The notes: generated from the sequence alone by a model not told the origin. Shown: positions 35,408 through 45,970, numbered from the stretch's first letter. The stretch is 64,000 bases of DNA from Chitinophagaceae bacterium (GCA_051954695.1 JBQCHL010000025.1:30852-94851), one strand, 5' to 3'. Numbers and translations: made by a program.

Positions 35408-36289
35408 ATGTTCAACCGCCTACAACAAAAATGGAAGGTCAATGGCCTGCAGGTAGCCCTTATCCTCTGCACTTTTGCTATCGGGGGCAGCCTTACAGGC
35501 TATGTGGGCAGGAAATTGATGAATTTGTTTGACATTGGACCGGAATGGCTCTGGATAGTGGTATATATTATATTAGTCACTTTACTCTGGCCGCTGGCGG
35601 TATTGCTTGTAAGCATTCCTTTCGGACAGTTCAGGTTTTTTGTCAGTTATTTGAAAAAAATGGGAAAGAGAATGGGAATAGTTAATCGGGAATCAGAAGC
35701 CGGAACCCCGGCACCGGTTAGGCGGATCGCGATCTTTGCATCAGGAGCCGGATCTAACGCACAAAAAATAATTGATCATTTCAGGGGAAATAGCCGGGTG
35801 AAAATTGAGCTGATCGTTTGCAATAAACCAGAAGCAGGAGTATTGAAAATCGCCGAAAAAGAGGGAATTCAGGCATTATTAATAGAAAAAGAGCAGTTTT
35901 TTAGGGGAAACGCCTATGTTCCGGCCCTAAAAGAGAAAAATATAGCTCTCATAGTATTGGCTGGTTTTTTATGGAAAATCCCTGCAGCATTGATCCAGGC
36001 TTATCCGGGTAAAATTGTAAATATCCACCCTGCTTTACTGCCAAAATATGGTGGAAAAGGCATGTATGGGCAGTTTGTGCATGCCGCGGTGATTGCGGCT
36101 GGTGAAAAGGAAAGTGGGATCACTATTCATTATGTGGATGAGCATTATGACCATGGAGATATTATTTTCCAGGCTGTTTGCCCGGTATTTTCTGAGGATA
36201 CGCCGGAATTACTGGCTAAAAGGATACATGAATTGGAGCATAAGCATTTTCCGGTGGTAGTGGAAGAGTTGTTAGTGCGTATGGTGTGA
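35408..36289 (+). CDS. purN: Phosphoribosylglycinamide formyltransferase with N-terminal DUF6787-like membrane domain
   Basis: IAIFASGAGSN, IVLAGFL, NIHPALLPKYGG, SGITIHYVDEHYDHG; preceded in frame by ~95-aa two-TM domain. Confidence 0.9.
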   Translation: MFNRLQQKWKVNGLQVALILCTFAIGGSLTGYVGRKLMNLFDIGPEWLWIVVYIILVTLLWPLAVLLVSIPFGQFRFFVSYLKKMGKRMGIVNRESEAGTPAPVRRIAIFASGAGSNAQKIIDHFRGNSRVKIELIVCNKPEAGVLKIAEKEGIQALLIEKEQFFRGNAYVPALKEKNIALIVLAGFLWKIPAALIQAYPGKIVNIHPALLPKYGGKGMYGQFVHAAVIAAGEKESGITIHYVDEHYDHGDIIFQAVCPVFSEDTPELLAKRIHELEHKHFPVVVEELLVRMV

Positions 36290-36340
36290 ATTGGCCGTTT
36301 TGCTTTTTCCCCTTAAATTCAATTATTATAATTTTCTTAT

Positions 36341-37615
36341 ATGAAACACCTGCTTTGCCTTGCTCTCTTCGCAACCCTCACCCTTTCCAGTTTTGCCCAG
36401 TTAAAAGAAGCCGCTCCTGAAACAGCTGGCGCTTCGTCCGAACGACTGAAACGGATCGATCAGCTTCTACAGGAGTATATCGACAAAAAATGGGTCGGCG
36501 GTGCTACTGCCATCGTCGTAAAAGATGGAAAGATCATTTATTATAAAGCTTTCGGCCTTTCTGATCTCGATAATAAAACGGCGATGAAAAAAGACGCCAT
36601 CTTCCGCATCGCTTCCCAAACAAAAGCGATCACCAGTGTGGCCATCATGATGCTTTATGAAGAAGGCAAGCTCCTGCTCGACGACCCTGTTTCCCGCTAT
36701 ATTCCCAGCTTTGCCAACCAGAAAGTGCTCGACAAATTCAACGAGGCAGACTCCAGCTACACAACGGTACCAGCTAAAAGGCCCGTTACCATCCGAGATC
36801 TGCTTACCCACACCTCCGGCATCGGCTATGCCCAGATCGGCAGCAAAGAAGCGACCGCCATCTATGCTAAAAATGGTATTTGGGGTGGTATCGGCGTAGA
36901 AAATGGTATGATCCTGGGCGATAAAATAAAAGTACTGGGCACCCTTCCTCTGCTGCACCAGCCCGGTGAACAATGGACCTATGGCTTGAACACCGATATA
37001 CTGGGCTATGTAGTGGAAGTTCTCAGCGGCATGAGCCTCGACGCATTTTTCAAAACCCGGATCTTTGAACCACTGGGTATGAAGGACACTTATTTCTATT
37101 TGCCCAAAGAGAAATACAGCCGGCTGGTAACACTAAATACAGAAGATAAAAGCCGCCAGGTGGTGACCATGAAAGAGTCGCTGAACATTAGCGGCAAAAT
37201 CAACATAAATTATCCTGCAGCCCCCGGCACTTATTATTCCGGCGGCGGAGGCCTTTCTTCCACAGCTCTCGACTATGCTATTTTTATGCAAATGCTGGTA
37301 AACAATGGCGAATACAATGGCAAACGCATTCTCAGCCCCTTTGCTATACGAATGATGACCACCAGCCAGTTCGACAAGCTAAACTGGCCCGACACAAAAA
37401 TGGGACTCGGCTTTAGCCTCTACACCGATAAAAGCGTTGCCCGCTCACCCCTATCCCCCGGCTCATTCGAATGGGGAGGCATGTTTAGCTCCACCTACTG
37501 GATAGACCCCAAAGAAAAACTGGTAGCCCAGCTTTTTCTGAATCAATACCCTAATTCGCACGGAGAAATACATGATAAATTTAAAGTGGCCGTCTACCAA
37601 ACCTTAGAGCGCTAA
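36341..37615 (+). CDS. Serine hydrolase, beta-lactamase class C/peptidase S12 family
   Basis: FRIASQTK (SxxK), LLTHTSG, PGEQWTYG, WGG motif; signal peptide. Confidence 0.92.
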   Translation: MKHLLCLALFATLTLSSFAQLKEAAPETAGASSERLKRIDQLLQEYIDKKWVGGATAIVVKDGKIIYYKAFGLSDLDNKTAMKKDAIFRIASQTKAITSVAIMMLYEEGKLLLDDPVSRYIPSFANQKVLDKFNEADSSYTTVPAKRPVTIRDLLTHTSGIGYAQIGSKEATAIYAKNGIWGGIGVENGMILGDKIKVLGTLPLLHQPGEQWTYGLNTDILGYVVEVLSGMSLDAFFKTRIFEPLGMKDTYFYLPKEKYSRLVTLNTEDKSRQVVTMKESLNISGKININYPAAPGTYYSGGGGLSSTALDYAIFMQMLVNNGEYNGKRILSPFAIRMMTTSQFDKLNWPDTKMGLGFSLYTDKSVARSPLSPGSFEWGGMFSSTYWIDPKEKLVAQLFLNQYPNSHGEIHDKFKVAVYQTLER

Positions 37616-37655
37616 TAGTGCGAATGGGTTTGAATACAGTGAACACATATTTGAT

Positions 37656-37736
37656 AGCCGCGAATGGCGCGAATAGACCCGACTGCCTGAATAAACTTTA
37701 CTGACCAGGAGGATATTATTCGCGCCATTCGCGGCT
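37656..37736. repeat. Perfect 20-bp inverted repeat (REP-like), 41-nt spacer
   Basis: AGCCGCGAATGGCGCGAATA / TATTCGCGCCATTCGCGGCT. Confidence 0.8.
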
Positions 37737-37828
37737 TATCCAGGTCATTTTCACTTAAGGGTTTATTAGTGTTATTAGCGTTTATTTTGCAGTTTGTTTC
37801 GTTACTTGTGCCAACTTAATCGCTTTAC

Positions 37829-38596
37829 TTGAGGAGAATTTTACCATTACTAAGCTTTTTTATTGCCTCTTTCCTGTTTTATGCTGCACCGGCGGCTGCA
37901 CAGTACAAGATCAAAGGCACGGTGTACGATAGTACGCGCACCTATGCTATACCCTCCGTTTCGGTGCTTACTTCCTCAGGCAGGGGTACTGTTACTAATA
38001 ATATGGGCGATTATGAGATTGAAGTAGCCGAGAGTGACTCTATTTGGTTTAGTTATCTGAATAAACCTACTGTTAAGTTTCCTGTTTTGAAGATTACGTC
38101 TCCGCATAGTTTTGATATTTCCCTTCAGATAAATGTGCCGGTGTTGAAAGAAGTAAGGATTCGGCAACGCAATTACAGGCAGGATTCTATACAGAACCGG
38201 GAAGACTACGCAAAGATTTTCAATTATGAGAAGCCGGGTATTAAAGTAAATTCGCCGGGACAGTTTACGGGTACGCCTGTGGCTGCAGGCTTTGACCTTG
38301 ATGCGCTGATCGATATTTTCAATTTTAAGAAAAAGAGGAGCATGGCTTCTTTCCAGCGGAGACTTATTCAGCAGGAACAGGATAAATATGTGGATCACCG
38401 GTTTAGTAAAGCACTGGTAAGAAGATTGACAGGCCTGGATTCTACTGAACTGGATAAGTTCATGGTAATCTATCGCCCGCCTTATGAATTCACTGCATTG
38501 CTGGGCGATTATGATTTCCAGAAATACATTAAAGATTCTTTTGAACGGTATAAAAAAGGATTGCCTCCGTTACCTTTCTTTAAAGAAGAAGAGTAA
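37829..38596 (+). CDS. Exported protein with carboxypeptidase-regulatory-like N-terminal domain
   Basis: Signal peptide; IKGTVYDS..., GTVTNNMGDYEI, DSIWFSYL, LKEVRI; TTG start. Confidence 0.75.
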   Translation: MRRILPLLSFFIASFLFYAAPAAAQYKIKGTVYDSTRTYAIPSVSVLTSSGRGTVTNNMGDYEIEVAESDSIWFSYLNKPTVKFPVLKITSPHSFDISLQINVPVLKEVRIRQRNYRQDSIQNREDYAKIFNYEKPGIKVNSPGQFTGTPVAAGFDLDALIDIFNFKKKRSMASFQRRLIQQEQDKYVDHRFSKALVRRLTGLDSTELDKFMVIYRPPYEFTALLGDYDFQKYIKDSFERYKKGLPPLPFFKEEE

Positions 38597-38613
38597 ATCA
38601 TAAAAGATCGTTT

Positions 38614-39171
38614 ATGGAAGAAACCAATCAACTGAACTTAGGCATAGGCACCCGGTTGCAACATACACATTTTGGCCCTGGTGTGATCGTAGGCATTAAG
38701 TATGCCACTTACATTATTTCCTTTATCAATCACGGCGTCAGGGAGATTGATAAAACAGATCCCAAATTAGATGAGATCATTCCTGAAAACATTACCCTTG
38801 AAATAGAAACGCATTCGGAAGTAGAGCGTTCGTTATTAAAAATATTAAGGCTTTGGGGTGGCGTTACTGAAAATGTGCCGCTGGGTGATAAATGGACCGG
38901 GGGCGTGATGTTGCTGCAACCTTCCGATAAAAGCTTAAAACCAAAGGAGATCCCGGTAGAAGATTTTTTCCATAAGATCGTTATGCTACGCGACAGGCTG
39001 CGGGTGTTGGAACAAAATATAAACAGTAATAAGAAACTGAGCGATGAGGAAAAAGTGAATATTCAGCAATATATCACACGCTGTTATGGCTCTCTTACTA
39101 CATTCAATGTGTTATTCAGAAATAAAGAAGATTGGTTTGTGGGAGAGAAGGGTTCTTCTAAAGATGAGTAA
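38614..39171 (+). CDS. Conserved hypothetical protein (N-terminal Tudor/SH3-like motif)
   Basis: Long ORF; GTRLQHTHFGPGVI; FFHKIVMLRDRLRVLEQNIN helix. Confidence 0.75.
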   Translation: MEETNQLNLGIGTRLQHTHFGPGVIVGIKYATYIISFINHGVREIDKTDPKLDEIIPENITLEIETHSEVERSLLKILRLWGGVTENVPLGDKWTGGVMLLQPSDKSLKPKEIPVEDFFHKIVMLRDRLRVLEQNINSNKKLSDEEKVNIQQYITRCYGSLTTFNVLFRNKEDWFVGEKGSSKDE

Positions 39172-39230
39172 ACTCCGATAATCGTGATACCCCCACTTCT
39201 GCATTGCTGGTATTTTCTTATCTTAATCTC

Positions 39231-40802
39231 ATGAAATGGCTATTCTTTTTCTGCCTGCTCTCCATCCAGGCATCTGCACAAAACACCTGTGACATCCTTA
39301 TTGAAAACGGAAAAATCATCGATGGCTCTGGCAACAACTGGTATTACGGAAGTGTAGCCATCAGCAATGGCAAGATCGTGGGTATAGGCCGCGAACTGGA
39401 TTACAAAGGAAAGAAGACCATTGATGCTAAAGGCCTGATCATCGCTCCTGGCTTTATTGATGTGCATACTCACCTGGAAGGCGATGAAGATAAAGATCCG
39501 CGCGCTACCAGCTTTATCCTCGACGGAGTAACCACCTGCATTACCGGCAACTGTGGCAGCTCCAATACCGATATTGCCAAATACCTGCACTGGATCGATT
39601 CCCTGAAACTGTCTATCAATGTTGCCAGCCTTGCTGGTCATAACGATATCCGTAAAAAAGTAATGGGCCGCGCCAACCGTGATGCTACCGCTTCTGAAAT
39701 GCTGCAAATGGAACAGTTAATGGATAAGGCCATGCGCGATGGAGCTGTCGGCCTCTCCACAGGATTGATCTATATCCCCGGCACTTACACCAAAACGCCA
39801 GAGATCGTAAACCTGGCCAAGATCGCTGCCAAATATGATGGCGTATACGCTACCCATATGCGTGATGAAGGAGATAGTGTGACCCAGGCTATTGAAGAAG
39901 CACTTACTATTGGCCGCGAAGCAAAGATTCCTGTAGAAATTTCCCATTTTAAACTCAGCGGCCAGCAAAACTGGGGAAGAAGCAAGGAAACTGTCGGCAT
40001 GATAGAAGCCGCCCGTAAAGCAGGCATTGAAGTAACGATCGATCAATATCCCTACACTGCCAGCAGCACCTCTATCAGCACTCTTATACCTGATGATGTG
40101 CTGGCTGATGGACAGGACTCCATCAGAGCCCGGCTTCAACGCCCGGAAATACGTAAATATGTAACGAAGTCGATGCTGGAACGGTTGAAAAAAAGAAAGC
40201 TCAAGCACTTCAGCTATGCAGTGGTAGCCTATTACCAACCCGACACTTCTTATAACGGTAAAAGCATTGAGCAGATCAATCTTATGAAAGACCGTAAACA
40301 CAAAGCAAAAGTTGAAACTGAAACCGTGATGGACATTATGATGAATGGAGGTGCCAGCGCCGTGTTTCATGGCATGGGCGAGGAAGATGTAAAACGTATC
40401 ATGCAATATCCATTCAACATGTTTGCCAGTGATGCTACTATCCGTGTACTGAATGCAGGTATGCCCCACCCTCGTGGTTATGGTACCAATGCACGCGTGC
40501 TCGCTAAGTATGTAAGAGAAGAAAAAGTATTGACATTGGAAGAAGCTATACGCCGCATGACTTCTCTGCCAGCCCAGAAGTTCCAGTTGAAGGACCGAGG
40601 ACTTTTAAGAGAAGGTTTTGCTGCAGACATTGTCGTGTTCAATGATCAGGATGTGCAGGATATGTCCACTTTTGAAAAGCCACACGCTTATTCAAAAGGA
40701 TTCCGGTATGTGATCGTAAATGGAGTAGTGACGGTAGAGGAAGAAAAACATACTGGAGCCCGGGCCGGGAAAAGTTTATACGGAGCCGGAAAGAAGCAAT
40801 AA
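39231..40802 (+). CDS. N-acyl-D-amino-acid deacylase (D-aminoacylase, amidohydrolase family)
   Basis: APGFIDVHTH, GNCG, STGLIYIPG, YATHMRDE, ISHFK, PHPRGYG. Confidence 0.92.
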   Translation: MKWLFFFCLLSIQASAQNTCDILIENGKIIDGSGNNWYYGSVAISNGKIVGIGRELDYKGKKTIDAKGLIIAPGFIDVHTHLEGDEDKDPRATSFILDGVTTCITGNCGSSNTDIAKYLHWIDSLKLSINVASLAGHNDIRKKVMGRANRDATASEMLQMEQLMDKAMRDGAVGLSTGLIYIPGTYTKTPEIVNLAKIAAKYDGVYATHMRDEGDSVTQAIEEALTIGREAKIPVEISHFKLSGQQNWGRSKETVGMIEAARKAGIEVTIDQYPYTASSTSISTLIPDDVLADGQDSIRARLQRPEIRKYVTKSMLERLKKRKLKHFSYAVVAYYQPDTSYNGKSIEQINLMKDRKHKAKVETETVMDIMMNGGASAVFHGMGEEDVKRIMQYPFNMFASDATIRVLNAGMPHPRGYGTNARVLAKYVREEKVLTLEEAIRRMTSLPAQKFQLKDRGLLREGFAADIVVFNDQDVQDMSTFEKPHAYSKGFRYVIVNGVVTVEEEKHTGARAGKSLYGAGKKQ

Positions 40803-40807
40803 TAAAA

Positions 40808-40828
40808 AAAGCAGGCCAGGCCTGCTTT
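40808..40828. terminator. Bidirectional terminator
   Basis: AAAGCAGGC-CAG-GCCTGCTTT between convergent genes. Confidence 0.65.
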
Positions 40829-40941
40829 GTAAACGGTTAGGATGATGGGACAACTTCTTAATAATATAGGTACAGGATAAGTAAGCTACCGGCGAAATTA
40901 GCAGGCTCATTCACTTATGCCAATACTCCCAAAGGGGGACA

Positions 40942-41544
40942 TCAACCTTCACTACTGTTCAATAAATATACAAGGTGGGGGAAACTGCTGATACCGTTTT
41001 TCTGCAGCATGCGACGGCGATGTGTTTTAACAGTCTCTACCGTAATACCCAGTTTATTGGCAATCTGCTTGGAAGAAAATCCTCTTGCTACAAGCAAAGC
41101 GATCTCTCTTTCTCTTTCTGTTAATTCCAGCCGGGGTATAAACTGCTCTTCTTTACGGAGAAGTTTATGAAACGCCATTTGCACAGCCACCAGCAGTTGC
41201 ATATCTGTATATGGCTTCACCACATACATTACGGGTTCTGCTGCAAATGCTGCTTCCAGCGTTTTACTATCAGCATACGCCGTGAGAAATACAACTTCGC
41301 ACCCGTGCATTTTTTTCAATTGCCTGGCGAGTTCAATGCCATTGACCTCTCCTTTTATATGAATATCACAGATCACTACCTGCGGCACTACTGCTGCCTG
41401 GCTGCAGAGCAATAATGCAGATGCCGCATCCCTGGCAGTGCCGGCCAGATGATAATCTTCGTCTTCCAGCAATTCAACAATACTTTCTGCAGTGATCAGC
41501 TCATCTTCCACTACCAGTATGCTTGTGTTTTCTTTCCGGCTCAT
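40942..41544 (-). CDS. Response regulator, REC + LuxR HTH
   Basis: ILVVEDE, CDIHI phospho-Asp, KP; LTEREREIALLVARGFSSKQIA. Confidence 0.92.
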   Translation of the reverse strand: MSRKENTSILVVEDELITAESIVELLEDEDYHLAGTARDAASALLLCSQAAVVPQVVICDIHIKGEVNGIELARQLKKMHGCEVVFLTAYADSKTLEAAFAAEPVMYVVKPYTDMQLLVAVQMAFHKLLRKEEQFIPRLELTEREREIALLVARGFSSKQIANKLGITVETVKTHRRRMLQKNGISSFPHLVYLLNSSEG

Positions 41545-43676
41545 TACACGCTTATTTCAATCGTATAGGCGGTGCCGGCATTTTGCTGCACCGTCATCGT
41601 TCCGTTCAATTGTTTTACCAAAGTTTGCACCAGTTTCATTCCAAATGAACCTGTTTTTTCTTCACCCAGGCCCTTTCCATTATCAGCCACCTGCAACTCA
41701 AGCAATTTTGCTTGTTTTTGTTGAAGGCTGATCGTAACGGAAGGTTCATTGATGCCGCTAAAAGCATGTTTAAAGGCATTTGTTACCAGCTCATTTACGA
41801 TAAGGCCTATTGGCATCACCACGTCAATATCCAGGCTGGCCTCAGGCAGGCGCACATCTGTTTGAATATTTTGTTTACCATAACCAAAGCTACCAGCAAG
41901 GGATTGCGAAAGGTTCTCGAGATAATCTTTTACATCAATAGACGCAAGGTCTTTATCCATATAAAGCCGCTGATGGATCATGGCCATTGCATTGATACGG
42001 CTTCGGCCTTCTTCCATCGCAAGCTTTGCTTTTTCATCTTCTGTGCGGTTTGATTGCAGCGACAGAAGTCCCGACACCACCTGCAAATTATTCTTAACAC
42101 GGTGGTGCAGTTCCCTCACCAGGGTTTCAATACGCTGGTTCTTTTCATCCAGCAGCTTTGCTGCTTTTTTCTTCTGATTATAACTGCGGATATATAATCC
42201 TAATGCCAGCAACACCAGGAGAAGCCCACCTGCCATCAGCCAGATGGTTTTATTCCGCTCCGCGAGTCTTACTGCATTCAGCTCTTTCTCTTTTTTCTCC
42301 AGCAGCAATTGACTTTCTCTTTTTTCGATCTCGTATTGCGACTGGGCTTTTACCATATTGATCGCCTCCCCTTCAGTGAGCAGTGTGTCTTTTATACTGA
42401 TATACTTTGCCTGGTAGGCGGCTGCTTTTTCAAAATCGCCGGTCTCCTGGTAATGTTCTCCCAGTGTGCGGTAAATGGTTTGCTGCAACTCTGAACCATC
42501 ATTCCGCACCATGTTCAACGAACGGATAAGATACTCTTCAGCTTCATTATACCGTTTTAATTTTCGAAGCACCACACCGATGCTGTTTGTGGTGGATGCG
42601 ATATCATTTACGGATTTGGATTCTTTACGCATAACCAATGATTTTTGCAGGTGGTCCAGGGCCTTCTGATATTCCTCCCGGTCCAGGTAATAATTGCCAA
42701 GGTTGGTATACACCATGGCAATACCGGGTTTATCATTGGTTTCTTCAAAAAACGAAAGTGAGCGTTTATAAAAATATTCTATGGAATCGTAGCGGTGCAG
42801 GCGTGCCGAAGCAATGGCAAGATTGCTGTAGGCAAGAGCTATAGAAGTTTTATTGTTCACTTTTTCACTCAGCGAAGCCGCCAGGCGATAGTATTGCAGC
42901 GCCTGGTCTAACTGCGAAGTGGTAGTGTATACATTAGCGAGGTTGTTGTACGACTGCACCAATCCCCTTTCATCTTTCAGTTTCTCCTTGATCCGGATGC
43001 TTTCCAGGTGAAGCCTGATCGCTTCATCATAGCTGGCCGATTCGTTCAGCGTATTGGCCTTGTTCATATAAAGATTGGCCAACGATGGTTCCTGATTATA
43101 TTTTTTTGCTACCTCAATCCCCTCATCAAAATCCTGCAAGGAGGCTTTAAAATCAGAAAGGCGGCGGTTAATGACGCCGAGCCGGTTCAACACTTCGGAT
43201 GTCTCTCTTTCCAATCCGCCATCTTTCAGTAAGTCAAGGCTGCGTGTAAACAATGTCCTTGCTTCTTCAAAACGCCCCACCTGTTGCAGGTTGCGGCCCA
43301 TATTGCTGCAAGCCAGGGCAACTCCCTGTTTGTAATTGATTTTTTCGGCCAATGCAAAAGAAGTGGAATCAACAGAAAGCGCCAGCAGGTATTTATTCTG
43401 GCGGCTGTATAAGCCAGATAGCTGCAGGTATGCGTCCACCTGTCCTTTCGCGTTGTCATTTTGCTGGTAAATTGCCAATGATTGCTGTGCATCAGCTAAA
43501 GCCTGTGGCGTTTGCGCAGAAGCATAAGATCGGCTGCGCAGCACGAGCAAGCGTGCCTTTTCATTTTCATCTGTGGCAGCACCGATCAGTTTACTCAAAC
43601 TGTCTGTGCGTGAAGATTGAGTATATGCAGTCATTCCTGCCAGGAGCAGGCTTAGAGCCCAAAAAATTTCTTTCAT
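41544..43676 (-). CDS. TPR-repeat sensor histidine kinase (HisKA_2/HWE type)
   Basis: TPR repeats, TM, ELHHRVKNNLQ, NELVTNAFKHAF, DNGKG; TAATG stop/start overlap with regulator. Confidence 0.92.
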   Translation of the reverse strand: MKEIFWALSLLLAGMTAYTQSSRTDSLSKLIGAATDENEKARLLVLRSRSYASAQTPQALADAQQSLAIYQQNDNAKGQVDAYLQLSGLYSRQNKYLLALSVDSTSFALAEKINYKQGVALACSNMGRNLQQVGRFEEARTLFTRSLDLLKDGGLERETSEVLNRLGVINRRLSDFKASLQDFDEGIEVAKKYNQEPSLANLYMNKANTLNESASYDEAIRLHLESIRIKEKLKDERGLVQSYNNLANVYTTTSQLDQALQYYRLAASLSEKVNNKTSIALAYSNLAIASARLHRYDSIEYFYKRSLSFFEETNDKPGIAMVYTNLGNYYLDREEYQKALDHLQKSLVMRKESKSVNDIASTTNSIGVVLRKLKRYNEAEEYLIRSLNMVRNDGSELQQTIYRTLGEHYQETGDFEKAAAYQAKYISIKDTLLTEGEAINMVKAQSQYEIEKRESQLLLEKKEKELNAVRLAERNKTIWLMAGGLLLVLLALGLYIRSYNQKKKAAKLLDEKNQRIETLVRELHHRVKNNLQVVSGLLSLQSNRTEDEKAKLAMEEGRSRINAMAMIHQRLYMDKDLASIDVKDYLENLSQSLAGSFGYGKQNIQTDVRLPEASLDIDVVMPIGLIVNELVTNAFKHAFSGINEPSVTISLQQKQAKLLELQVADNGKGLGEEKTGSFGMKLVQTLVKQLNGTMTVQQNAGTAYTIEISV

Positions 43677-43756
43677 ATAAGGTGGCGGTGTGGTAACTGC
43701 AATATAGAAACTCTTTAGGAAGATCGCCCGGGTTAATTCACCTATTTATGCCCCTC

Positions 43757-45775
43757 TCAGTATTCAAGCAATTGCTGGATCGCTTTATGCAACCTCGCTT
43801 TTGCCATAAAGTTCTTTTCAAGTTCAATACTGAACGGGATAGGAGTGTCTAATGACGCACAGCGCATTACCGGTGCGTCGAGCCATTCAAAGCAATGCTC
43901 CCCTATCCAGGCGGCCACTTCACCGCCGATGCCGCCGGTCAATGTGTCTTCATGTAAAACGAGTACCCTGCCGGTGCGTTGAACGGCCGCTCGTATGGCT
44001 TCATGATCCAGGGGCAGTAAACTGCGCAGATCGAGGATATCGATTGAGATTTCCGGATGCTCCGCCGCATAATCCTCAGCCCAGTGCACTCCGCTGCCAT
44101 ACGTGATGATAGCTATCTCCTCGCCACTACGGACATGGCGTGCTTTGCCGATCTCTATTTCATAATATTCTTCCGGCACCGGGCCGGCTATGCTACGGTA
44201 GAGTGCTTTATGCTCAAAATATATTACAGGATTGGGGTCGTTGATGGCCGCTATCAGTAAGCCCTTTGCATCTATTGGCGTGGAAGGATACACCACTTTC
44301 AGGCCGGGAGTATGTACAAACCAGGCTTCATTGCTTTGCGAATGGAATGGACCAGCACCTACGCCGCCACCGGCTGGCATACGGATCACCACATCGGCGT
44401 TTTGCCCCCAGCGATAATGGACCTTCGCCAGGTTATTAATGATCTGGTTGAAACCAACGGTTACAAAATCGGCAAACTGCATTTCCATCATGCTCTTGTA
44501 GCCTTCGAGGCTGAGGCCCAGTGCTGAACCTACAATGGCACTTTCACAAAGTGGCGTATTACGCACCCTTTCTTTGCCAAACTCCGTTACAAATCCTTCG
44601 GTTATTTTAAATGCACCACCATATTCAGCAATATCCTGCCCCATCAATACGAGGTTGGAATGCTGCTGCATACTTTGGTGCAATCCTTCTTTTACCGCAT
44701 CAATAAAGCGGAGCTCCCGCTGTGAGGGAATCTGGTAAGAAAGCGCTGTATTGTCGATCACATCCGACTCGCTGACAAACAAGCCTGTTACTGTTTTCTT
44801 TGCATATACATCATCCAGTTCGGTTTCAGTGTCAGCAATAACAGGTAATGTATCAAACCCTTTCTCCAGCTCTGATTCTATTTGTTGCTTGAGTTCCGTT
44901 TTAATATTCTCAATATCATCAACTGATAAAACGCCTTGCTCTGTTAAATAGGTTTCATAGTTTTTTACAGGGTCTTTTTGTTCCCACAACTCAAACAAAC
45001 GCTGGGGAACATATTTAGTACCACTCGCTTCTTCATGTCCGCGCATACGGAAGGTGACCGCTTCAATCAAAAAAGGTTTTTGGTGCTTGATGCAGTAATC
45101 ACGCACACCGGCGATGGTATCATATACTGTAAGCAGGTTATTGCCGTCTATTTGCACACCTTCCACTCCATAGCCTTTCGCTTTATCCACCAGGCTAATG
45201 CAGCGGTATTGTTCTGAAGTTGGCGTGCTAAGGCCGTAACCATTGTTTTCAATTAAAAAGATAACCGGCAGGTCCCATACAGCCGCTACGTTCAATGCTT
45301 CATGAAAATCACCTTCACTGGTGCCACCATCGCCGGAGAAGGCAAGTGAAACTTTTTCTTCATGCCGCAATTTGCTGGCCAGCGACACGCCATCAGCAAT
45401 CGCCAGTTGAGGGCCCAGATGGGAGATCATACCACAGATATGATGTTCGCGGCTTCCGAAATGAAAACTTCTTTCACGCCCTTTGCTGTAGCCTTCCTGT
45501 GCACCTTGCCATTGCTGAAACAATTTATATAAAGGCATCTGACGGGTAGTGAACACCCCCAGGTTGCGGTGCAATGGCATGATCCATTCATCTGGCTGCA
45601 AAGCCAGTGTTGCTCCTACGGCAATTGCTTCCTGCCCAATGCCACTAAACCACTTGGAGATCTTACCCTGCCGCAGTAATATCAACATCTTCTCTTCTAT
45701 CATACGCGGATAGAGGATGCTGCGGTAAAAATGTATAAGCTGCTCGTTTGAAAGATATTTCCGGTCGAAGGTCAT
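43757..45775 (-). CDS. Fused alpha/beta E1 of 2-oxoacid (probably branched-chain) dehydrogenase
   Basis: GDGGTSEGDFHEALN..ENN TPP motif, RMRGHEE, NTPLCE, GPFHSQ, FEHKALY. Confidence 0.92.
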   Translation of the reverse strand: MTFDRKYLSNEQLIHFYRSILYPRMIEEKMLILLRQGKISKWFSGIGQEAIAVGATLALQPDEWIMPLHRNLGVFTTRQMPLYKLFQQWQGAQEGYSKGRERSFHFGSREHHICGMISHLGPQLAIADGVSLASKLRHEEKVSLAFSGDGGTSEGDFHEALNVAAVWDLPVIFLIENNGYGLSTPTSEQYRCISLVDKAKGYGVEGVQIDGNNLLTVYDTIAGVRDYCIKHQKPFLIEAVTFRMRGHEEASGTKYVPQRLFELWEQKDPVKNYETYLTEQGVLSVDDIENIKTELKQQIESELEKGFDTLPVIADTETELDDVYAKKTVTGLFVSESDVIDNTALSYQIPSQRELRFIDAVKEGLHQSMQQHSNLVLMGQDIAEYGGAFKITEGFVTEFGKERVRNTPLCESAIVGSALGLSLEGYKSMMEMQFADFVTVGFNQIINNLAKVHYRWGQNADVVIRMPAGGGVGAGPFHSQSNEAWFVHTPGLKVVYPSTPIDAKGLLIAAINDPNPVIYFEHKALYRSIAGPVPEEYYEIEIGKARHVRSGEEIAIITYGSGVHWAEDYAAEHPEISIDILDLRSLLPLDHEAIRAAVQRTGRVLVLHEDTLTGGIGGEVAAWIGEHCFEWLDAPVMRCASLDTPIPFSIELEKNFMAKARLHKAIQQLLEY

Positions 45776-45970
45776 TGTTATAATCTGTTTGCGGTTTACC
45801 GTTTGTAATTGGCGGTTATTTCCTCTATAACAGCGTTATTGCGGCTGAATCGTTAACCTGTACCAAAACTATTGATAATTTCCTGACGAAACATGACCAA
45901 TCATCAACGATAAACCTGTTATTCCCGAAACTTCTTACCGATTTGGTATTAATTTTATTTTACTTTGGGC

